DNA of 64,000 nt from Fistulifera solaris. Taxonomy: Eukaryota. Of the stretch, positions 25,702-35,960 are shown piece by piece. Below the pieces are notes generated by a model. It was given only the letters and a program-made list of their open reading frames with translations, was not told where the DNA came from and ran no database searches. A program made the position numbers and the translations under genes. Position 1 is the first letter of the stretch. The number at the start of each line of letters is the position of its first letter. Location of the stretch: the NCBI GenBank assembly GCA_030295235.1, contig AP026158.1, positions 62,001 through 126,000 on the forward strand, read 5' to 3'.

Positions 25702-27378
25702 ATGATGAGACTGATGTTGGAGTGCATTGTTGTGGCTTTTCTGGTCGCTTTAACGTTTGCCGACGACGATGGGGCGAACCGTCCGGCCGAGTACGATCGT
25801 TTCAATTACGATACCACCGTCCGCGCGAACGATCACAACGACTACGGCCCTGAAGATTGGATTCGTGTGCGATGCCCAGATACACAAACCTGCTTGGGGT
25901 GGCCCGATTCTTTTGATGAAGCCATCGGATGGTCCTTCCCCGAGAATTCGTGTCAGTGGTGTCCGCAAGGCCGTGGATGTGGCACTCATCATCAAAGCCC
26001 CATTAATGTGTATCGCGAAGTGGTGAACGAGAACGACCGATTGCACAATGTGTGCATTGATGGGCACTGGATGAAGTACTTTGATAGCACGTGCACTTGG
26101 GACGAACTAGTGCGCAACAACGCCTTTTCGATTGAACGCCATACACTCAAGATTGCGCAGCCGACCGAGCAAATGGCGGATGGATCCTTCCGTATTGGTT
26201 GCCAAAATGAATTGGGTCGCCGTTGGGGAAAGATTGATTTCGCCAAGGGATTTTCGGATTGGTGGCATTTGAGCCACGTGGACTTGCACGTGCCGTCGGA
26301 ACACACCCAAAACGGCAAGCGATACGATGGTGAAATTCAAATGTATCACTTTTATTCCGTCTCTGGAGAACAAGCCGGTGTCAACAATGAGGTAAACATA
26401 TTGGATGATTTCGAGTGAAATTGTGGCCGTGACGGAAATCACAAATGTGTGTCTTACACTATCTTTTCTCTTGAACTCCATTCTTCACTCGCAGATGGGT
26501 ACAGTGACTGTGTTTTTGCAAGTGTATGATAATGCTCCCGATTACGGTACACTGAATCGCGTCATTTGTCAATGGCGTAAGGTCGAAGATCAAACCCGTG
26601 CCGCTTGTGGCTTGCCCAGTGTTGAAACGGAATATCCCGGATGTCACGTTTACACGCGGGGACGTGGCGTTTCGACGTCGTCCGGATTGCGTTCCTTGTC
26701 CGAGACGAATAACAACTCGACCCTTCCTCCCAAACCCAAGTCCGCGCACGACATTCTCATGCACAATTATTTACATCCCGAAAATATTATGCCCATCACC
26801 ATGGATGAAGAGGACTACAAGGACGAAGATGACTTTGACTGGGCCGCCTTTATTGCGGCACAATACGAGAATGATCGCCAAGTCCAGAATCGTCGTCACT
26901 TGTTGAATTACGATCACGTCGGTACTTGGCACAATTACTGGCCCCTCATTGACAGTCGAACGGAATACTATTATCGATACGGTGGTACACAAACGGTCCC
27001 TCCCTGCTACGGTCGATTCGTTCTCGGGAACAATCGTGCCCAAACCAACAATTGGCGTGTCATGAAAGATCCTATTCGTATTTCGCAGCGACAATTGAAT
27101 GAGTTGCATCGTTTGTTGCGCGAGCGCATCGCACCCCCGATGATCCCCTCGTGGCCTGCCAAGCCGATACGGCCGCCAAAGTCGATCCAGTCACCGGCTT
27201 TGTCGATGTCGCCCGTCCGTTACAAAACAATGACAAGGCGCATCACATGGTGTATTGTGAATGCGAGAACTGGGGCAGTCAATGGGAAGAAGACAAGGAA
27301 TATTGCCGTATCTTTCGCAATGACAAGAATGCTCGTTTGTTTCAGCATCCTTACAACTTTTATACCGATGGGTTTTAG
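25702..27378 (+). CDS. Secreted alpha-carbonic anhydrase-like protein, copy 1; intron 26392-26494; frameshift near 27135
   Basis: Signal peptide (VAFLVALTFA-DD), YGPEDW, HQSPINV, HVPSEHT..G.RYDGEIQMYH, YYRYGGTQTVPPC, ARPLQ. Confidence 0.85.
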
Positions 27379-27969
27379 TGGAAAGGGGTTGAGCGCTGGT
27401 GAGGTTCTCGTGTCGATGTCGATGGTTGGTCTAAATAATCTATTTCCTCGATGGGACATGCTATTTTCGGCCTGCTGGTTCGGATTTGTGTGGTTTGTGA
27501 TTTTGTGAGACGGCCGGCGGAAAAGATCGGGTCACGATTGATTTCCCTCTACTAGCTACTAGCTACTATAACATAATAATTGTCCTGTGATACGTTTTTT
27601 CGTGTACTTTTTTCCAATCATTGCATTGGCACTGTGATTCCGAATGCAGTTCGAGCCGTTAATGAATTGTAGCACAATGGATGCTTTCACCTATGTGCGT
27701 CCCCAATTTCCCTTCTTCAACGGAAATGAGCGCACTCTTTCGTGGCATATTCACAAAATTGTTTCGTCTTTCCCCCGATTGATTCCCTCCAACTCCGCCG
27801 TCCGCCAAAAGGGCGCGGAAGAAATCATTTTGAGGCTGTTTTGTTGGGCAGCATCTTCTGTCATTTTATTTTGTTTGGTTCGTCTTCCGCTCTCTCTCTC
27901 TCTCTTGTGTTGGAGCTCGTCTGTTGACGCTGAGACTCTACCGTTTATTCTACAGTTTCGAACATCAAC

Positions 27970-29630
27970 ATGCCCCGCATTGCTGTACGAGCCGCCCTCG
28001 CGGTCCTCCTCGCTACTTCGTCGACCTTTGCCGACGACAGCTCGAATCGTCCGGCCGAGTACGATCGCTTCAATTACGAAACGACCGTTCGAGCAACTGA
28101 TCACAACGACTACGGCCCCGAAGACTGGATCCGTGTGCGCTGTCCGGACCCAAAGACGTGCTTGGGATGGCCCGATTCCTTTGACGAAGCCATCGGATGG
28201 TCTTTCCCCGAAAACTCGTGTCAGTGGTGCCCCGCGGGCCGTGGTTGCGGTGTGACGCATCATCAGAGTCCGATCAACGTCTATCGTGATGTACAGATTG
28301 AAGGAGACCCTTTGTATAACCCGTGCATTGATGGGCACTGGATGAAGTTCTTTGATAGCACGTGTACGATGGAAGAATTGCAGCGCAACAACGCGTTTAC
28401 GATTGAGCGACATGCGCTCAAAATTGCGCAGCCCACCGAGCAGTTGGCGGACGGATCCTTTCGTATCGGCTGTCAAAGTGAGTTGGGACGTCGTTGGGGC
28501 AAGATTGATTTCGCCAAGGGATTCTCGCAGTGGTGGCATTTGAGTCATACCGACTTGCATGTCCCCTCGGAACACACACAGAACGGCAAGCGATACGATG
28601 GTGAGATTCAGTTGTATCACTTTTATTCTGTCTCTGGAGAAGAAGCTGGTGTGAACAACGAGGTAAGAAGATGATCGTTCGTCCTATTGTCAACGATACG
28701 TCGTTCGTGAATCTCAACGAGGCCTTCTGCTGTCTACTACAGATGGGTACTGTGAGTTTCTTTTTGCAGTCGTACGATGATACCCCCGATTACGACATGT
28801 TGAATCGCGTCATTTGTCAATGGCGTCGTGCGGAAGATCAAAATCGTGCCGCCTGTGGATTGCCCAGTGTCGAAACCGAGTATCCCGGTTGCCACAGCTA
28901 TTCCAGAGGAAATGCCGCTTCGACTACCGCCGGTCGCAACTTGCGCACGACCGTAGAGGCCAACGCGACACTTCTCGAGAAACCCCTTTCGGCACACGAC
29001 ATTATCATTCACAACTATCTCAATCCTACCGGTGAGCGCAAAACCATCACCATGGATGAAGAGGACTACAAGGACGAAGACGACTTTGACTGGGCCGCAT
29101 TCATTGCGGATGTTTACGAAAACGAGCGTCAGGTCCAGAATCGTCGTCATTTGAGAGACTACGACCACGTCGGTCCTTGGCACAACTACTGGCCTCTTAT
29201 TGGAGTCAAGACAGAGTATTACTACCGATACAGTGGCTCACAAACGATCCCTCCGTGCTACGGTCGCTTCGTTGAAGGCAACAATCGCGCGCAAACCAAC
29301 AACTGGCGTGTGATGAAAGATCCCATCCGCATCTCCAAGAGACAATTGGCTGAATTGCACCGCTTGTTGCGCGAGCGTATCGCTCCCCCCACGGATCCTC
29401 TCGTGGCCTGCCAACCGGATACGGCCGCGAAAGTAGACCCCACCACCAATTTTGTGGACGTGGCGCGGCCTTTGCAACAAGTCGAAAAGGCGCACCACAT
29501 GGTGTATTGCGAATGCGAGAACTGGGGCAGTCAGTGGGAAGAAGACAAGGACTACTGTCGTATTTTTCGGGACGATCGCAACGCACGATACTTTCAACAC
29601 CCTTACAACTTTTACACGGAAGGATTTTAA
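27970..29630 (+). CDS. Secreted alpha-carbonic anhydrase-like protein, copy 2; intron 28663-28742
   Basis: Tandem paralog of copy 1 with the same intron position, a signal peptide and intact frames; QSPINV, SEHT, GSQTIPPC, ARPLQ. Confidence 0.88.
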
Positions 29631-30422
29631 ACAGTTAATGCACTAGAATCTTCTTATATACATCATGTTACTGATTATTACAAAGCGAGCCACCGATTTT
29701 TCTTTAATGATTAATGATGGCTGTGTTTATCAAACGTCTTTGAATTGGTGAGGATTCGTGGGCTTTAAAACATCTTGCATCTACAAAGAGTAAATTGCCT
29801 ACAGCGATGCAATGATGCGCTGCTTTCGACTCGCGCCATTTAACTAGCAAGTACCCAGAGTATGGTCCGGAGATAAGATGATATAAAATCGTATCAAATG
29901 GGCTGTACAACTTGCATTGTGCTTCGTGCTACACGGGAAATAGGAACTTGAATGGGTTTGAATTTTAGACATTTTAGTTTTACTAGCGAGACCATAGTCT
30001 CTGTCTAGAGACGACAAGTTTGCACAGATGATCATGTATGTTGTAAAATCCCTGGAATTTATGGCGCTCCTGGACAGCTCAAACGGCCTCTTACTACGTT
30101 GGCTATCATCCTGTACCTAGCGCGTGGCGTGTTCGCTGTCCGACGCTCGATACTTTTAGGCCTTGGGTAGGCCTAGCCTCTAGCTCGAATCAGGCCATGG
30201 GCGTAATTCCAAATAGCCTTCATAACTTTATGGTGTTGCTCTGTACAGACAGATTTTGCTAGGTATTTGGCTCCTTCTCGTCAGAAAAAGCCTTGAAATC
30301 TTTGAAACGATTTGCTTGTCTTGACAACCAGAAATAATTGGATCTTTCGACAAACAGCTTCTCCCTTTTCATTTTCACGCCAACGCAGGATCTTTTGCAG
30401 TCTTTAAAGCCCCAGTCCCAAC

Positions 30423-32337
30423 ATGAGCGATTCCATCAATAAGAATTGCCGAGCCCTGACCGTGGACTTTGTCCTTCGTGACGATGATCCGGAAATGGCG
30501 GCCGTCGAAGACGATATCCGCCGGGATCTGTTGAAACTCAACATTCAGGTCAACACGCGGATGTTGAATGCTTCCGATTACGGTGATGCGGAACGCAATG
30601 GAGATTTCAATCTGTTGTTCACGCGTACTTGGGGAGCACGTAAGTACAAAGATGATTCGTATGAGACTGTTGTGTCAAAGCAGCCTCACCTTTCACTGCG
30701 GTGTTGTCAACCTTCTCCGTATCTTCGCCCCTCCTGTTCAATCTTCTTTATTACACGGATGATAACCAAAAGCTTACGATCCCCACACGTACTTGAATTC
30801 GTGGGCCATTCCGGCGCACGTCGAGTACGCGGCCTCGGCGCAAATGCACCCACCCCTCACCCGCGAAGACTTTCTCACCAAGGTCAAGAATGTGCAACGC
30901 GAAACCGATCCTTCCAAATTACAACAGCAGTGGACCGAAATTCTCAACGACATTCATCAACAAGCCATCTTTTTTGCCCTTGTGGGGGACCCGTATCCCT
31001 TATGTCGTGAGTCGTCGTTTGACCGACTTTACCCCCAGTCCCCAAGCCTTTTCGTATCCTCTCGAATCGGTCCGCATTGTGGAAGGTTCCGCCAATGTCA
31101 CCATTGCACCCGGTGCCGGTGGTTCCTTGTTTGAATCGGTGGGATCCATGAATCCGCACCAATACTTTCCGAACCAACTCTTTGCTCAAGCGTGGTTGTA
31201 CGAAGGTTTGGTCGCGTACGGCCAAGACGGAGAAATCTTACCGGCCTTGGCCACACAGTGGTCGACGGAAGAGATCGAAGGGGTGGTCAACGTGTAACAT
31301 TTGTGTTGCGCAAAAATGTCACATTCCACGATGGGGCGGCCTGGAATTGTGCCGCCGCCAAGTTGAACTTTGATCACGTACTATCGGACATTGTGCGCGA
31401 ACGTCACGGATACATGGGTTTGACGGCCATTCTCCAGAGTTGGACGTGTACTGATGCCGGTGAATTTGTGTTGGAAACCAGTGAACCCTTCTATCCGTTG
31501 TTGCAAGAGTTGACGTACATTCGTCCCTTGACGTTTGCGTCGCCCAACGCGTTTGCGCAAGGCCTCGATTCGCATCCGGATCAGCACAATTCCTGCAATC
31601 CGGGTGACTTTGGTTCGAGTTGGACGCATTTGGAGAAAGAAGTCACGTGCGCGGGTCTCAAATACCCGGCGGGTACGGGACCGTTCAAGTATGTCTCTCG
31701 AGTCACCAACGACGATGGCAAGGACACGCAGGTGGTCTTTGCCCGTCATGACACGTATTGGGGGACCGTACCCGGCATTGAGAATTTGATCATTCAAGCG
31801 TACGACAGTACGGAAGATGTCGAAGCTGCTCTGTTGGACGGCACATTGGACATGGCGTTGGGGGTCGGCCCCTTGACCGCGAAACAGGTGCAAGCTTTGA
31901 AATTCTCGCATTCCGACGTATTGGATGTCCGTCATTCCGATGTTTTGCAGCATGCGTTGGTGGTGATGAATACCGGTAAATCACCGACGGACGAGATTAC
32001 CGTCCGTCGCGCCATCACGCACGGCATTGACAAGAATACGTTCATTCAAAACGAATTTGCCGGCCTCGAGCAGCCCGTCGCGCAGTTGTTGCCATTCACG
32101 GCTCCGTATTGCGACGTCGATTTGTCTCCGAAATGGAGTTATGATTTTGAAAAGGCCCAGTTGATTAACTGTCCTGTCGAAGGCGATAATAGTTTGAGCA
32201 GTGGAGCCATTGCTGGAATTGCCATTGGAGGATTGGCCTTTGTGGCCTTGTTGATCTTTGTCGTGCGTCTCGTGCAAGCAGAGAAGCAAGGCAAACCCGT
32301 CTTTGCTCCTTCGACGAAGGGAGAAAGTAATATGTAA
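30423..32337 (+). CDS. Circularly permuted NikA/CntA-type (SBP family 5) binding protein with C-terminal transmembrane anchor, ZCRP-B-like; intron 30640-30772; frameshifts near 30972 and 31281
   Basis: RTWGA/PYDPH, VGSMNPHQYFPNQLFAQAWLYEGLV, YPLLQELTYIRP, GTGPF, NTGKSPTDEITVRRAI match E. coli NikA segments as recalled. TM helix GAIAGIAIGGLAFVALLIFVV. Confidence 0.88.
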
Positions 32338-32789
32338 CTGTTTCGTGATTGAAAGTTACTTAGTAAATAGAAAAGAAATATTTGACAAGTAAGTAAGTAA
32401 TATCATAAGATTGATTGATAGTAAGTAATAAGAAAGAAAAGAATGCGAGTGATGCGATGGGCGCGTTGGGTAACGAAGGTCATCTCATCTCATTTTCTGG
32501 GGATATTCGAATACACCTCTCCACTGTACTGTACCAGATTTTCTGTTTTGGAGAAAAACGGCACACCCGAGTTTTGAACTTTTCCACTTACAGATTCTGC
32601 GTCTGATTGATTTAGAACCCGGATATATGCGTTGCACTGTCATTTTGGCCCATCAACGCGGTCTTTCTCATATTTATTATATTCCTTATATTTTTACTCC
32701 GTATTGTGTTGTCGTATCGTCGGCCGTCGGCACAGAGTTGCGGGTTATTATTATCATTTCTTTCTTTTAAAGAATATTGCTAAACAATA

Positions 32790-35700
32790 ATGTCGACAAC
32801 TACAATTACAGCCGCCGAAACGGCACCCTTATCGAGTATGGCAGCGGCAATGTTCTTTGCCGTCATGGTCATGACATTTGTGACTTTGACGACCTTTGCG
32901 GCTTTCTTTTCTTCCACCAGCAACAATGAATCATCATCATCATCATCATCATCATCATTATCATTGAGTACTTTATATCAAGTCGCCAATCATCCCCACG
33001 CACAACCGGTACAATGGCGACAATTGTCGAGCATTTATACTGTACTGCAACACTTTTCACTCTTGGGAATCATTCTCTTTTATGCGTATCTGTGTGAATA
33101 TCATCCACCACATCCGCATGGTGAAAAAGTCTACGATCGGGATATGTTTTTCTTTTTGACGGCCTTATTGTTGCTGGTGGCGGCCTTGACGCACAAGTCG
33201 CATCCTCGTCGGACGACCAGTAACAGGAATAGTAGTAGTAGTAGTACGAGTACTACTACAACAAGCAATACTACTTCCGCATTGTGGGCACTGCAATGGA
33301 CCGAACGACCTGTCGCACCTCCAGAAGAAGCCACCGAGCTACTCAATCGCGATCAAACAGAGGAATGGAAAGGATGGATGCAATTCATGTTCTTGTTGTA
33401 TCATTATTATCATGCAGAAGAAGTCTATAACAGTATCCGGGTCATGATTACGTCTTACGTGTGGATGACCGGTTTTGGGAATGTTTCCTTCTTTTATTTG
33501 AAACAAGATTATTCTGCCTTGAGGGTAGTGCAAATGCTGTGGCGTTTGAATTTTTTGGTCGTCTTCTTGTGTTGGACGCAAGGCACCACCTACATCTTGT
33601 ATTACATTTGTCTCTTGCATACCTTCTTCTTTGGAATGGTGTATGTGACAATGAAGACCCAATCGCATCTCAATACGACCAAATACGGAATTCGTATCAA
33701 ATTCATGGTTCTGGCTTGTATCATCTACATTATTTGGGATCTGGATCTTGGATTGTTTCAACTCTTGCATAGCTGGTTTTTGGGACAAACACCCATGTTG
33801 GGAGCCACCGGCGGAGCCCTTTGGGAATGGTATTTTCGTTCGACGCTCGATCATTGGAGTACCTTCTTTGGAATGATCTTTGCTCTCAATTTCCCCATTA
33901 CGAGTTTGTTATTTCGCAAATTGGAAGCGCAACCGTGGTATTGGGAATGGTCCGCCAAATTCACCATGGCCGTTGCCCTGCTGACCTCGACGTATTGGTG
34001 GATCACCCATCCTTTGCGCAAAACAAATTCGAGTACAATCAAACGAATGCGTACTTTGCGTGCATTCCGGTCTATACTTATATTTTCTTACGAAATTTGA
34101 CGCCGTGGTTGCGGGAAAATACCTTGGAATTGTTGCACCAAATTGGAAAAACGACATTGGAAACGTACTTGATGCAGCATCATATATGGTTGACCAGTAA
34201 TGCCAAAACGTTGTTAATTCTGATACCAGGATGGCCGAAATGTAATTTCCTGGTGGTCAGTGTAATCTATGTCGTGTTATCGAGACGATTGTATACACTA
34301 ACCCTGTTTTTGCGGGGAATGTTGTTACCAAATGATTGGAATCAGTGCCGTACGAATTTAATCGGATTGATGGGGGCCATGGGAGCGTGTCATGCCATTG
34401 CGTGGATGTTGCAATTCGTGGGCATGTTAAGTTTGACGTCCGTGGCGGTAGTAGCGGCGGTCATCAGTGGCACTTTGTCGTATCGGATTGTGCGGGATAC
34501 GTCACCCACGGCAACAAATAATATTCACCCCGTACCGACTAAACCATGGTTGGTCTCTTGTTTCGCGGGATGGATGGTTGTTTTGGTGTTCGGACTAGTT
34601 TGGCACCACATGGCGCTGAATGGGGCCACCAAAGTACAGCCTTTACCGGATGTATGCGCGTCGGAAGTCATCCGTGGAGATTGGATTAGCGTTAATCTGT
34701 GCAATGAGGAAACCCGCGGTGTTGCCTACCGCGATGAAGACATGGGATCTTTAGGTGTTTGCCCGGCAACTCCGTCCGTGTGGGGTTGGACTCAATCGGA
34801 TTATGCCGAATGTCGCATGGTCGCTCGCGACAAGGGCGCTTTACAAAATACTCTAAAGCATCGCCGGCTTGTGTTTGTCGGTGATTCCATGATTCGACAT
34901 TTGTATTTTGCAATGGCTCGACAATTGGGTGATGCTAAGGCGGGAGCCTACAATACCACTTTGGATAAGTGGTCCAACTATGAAAATAAATACGGCTCCG
35001 TCGAACTGGAATTCAAATGGGCACCCTATGTGTACGATGTGACGGAGCAAGTCGCGCAAGCACACTCACGATACGATATCGATATGCTGATTGTGGGTGG
35101 CGGAGCTTGGGATCGGTTACATCATTATCCTAACAGTCAGGCCGCGGTAGAAATGGAGAAGAATGTCACGAAATTGGTGGCAGCCGTAAAAAAGCAGAAA
35201 CAGCACAGTGACATTCCCATAGTCTGGGTGACGCCGACGACTATTAATGATTGGGCTCTTACGGATGATGCCAAACGTGCCCATCTTCCGGAATCCAACA
35301 TGCAGCATCTGCGAAGCTTGTACCAGAAGCAAGGGATTGAGGACGCAGTCGACTGGACATTGCCAGGACCTGTCTTCACCCGCACTCGTGTTGCAGAGAG
35401 TTATGATGGGGTCCATTATCCTTTGCAAATATATCACGCCGGTGCACAAATACTCTCGCAAACCTTTGATTGGTTGTTGCTGCCCCTTTCCCCTGAAAAG
35501 GATGATACTTTTACGCCGAAACGACCTGGTGAAATGTCCAATCCTATTCTTGGTTTGTTGATGCTCTGTTTAGCTTTCATTGGTCTGTTTGGTTTTGACG
35601 GATTCCTTGGAGCCAGTTACCTGGTATACTGTTTTGTCCCCAAGGTTATTCCGAAGCGGCTTTATACCGAATCTTTTCGGCAGCTTCACCTGGCTGCAGG

Positions 35701-35875
35701 GTTACCGCCCATCACCGAAGACGATGCAATGGATGACTTACAAGTGGACAAAAGTAAGAGCAGTGACTATGTTGATGGTAACGAGGACTCGGACGAGGAA
35801 AGAGAAAAGTTCCTACATGACGATGTCAAACCTTTTGCTCAAAAAGATGTCGAACTGACGATACGGACGATTTAA
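32790..35875 (+). CDS. Cas1/RWA-type O-acetyltransferase: multi-TM Cas1_AcylT domain followed by an SGNH/PC-esterase domain; frameshift near 34014
   Basis: LLNRDQTEEWKGWMQ..LLYHY, SYVWMTGFGN, EWYFRSTLDH, LETYLMQHHIWL, then VFVGDSMIRHLY and YDGVHY. Confidence 0.88.
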
Positions 35876-35960
35876 CGAAAAAGGCATATGCAAACTCTTT
35901 GCAATGCTGAGTTTTTTTATAAGTGCATTACTCCTTAAATATAATGGAGTTAGCTTATTT

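Noticed and set aside
27751..28620. Long antisense or alternate-frame ORFs (e.g. 27751-28620, 4765-5553, 31381-31953)
   Set aside because: They are shadows of well-supported genes on the other strand and carry no motifs of their own.
30423..32337. Bacterial contamination or a nik operon
   Set aside because: A GT-AG intron splits a conserved motif, there is no nikBCDE, and the neighbours are eukaryotic genes.
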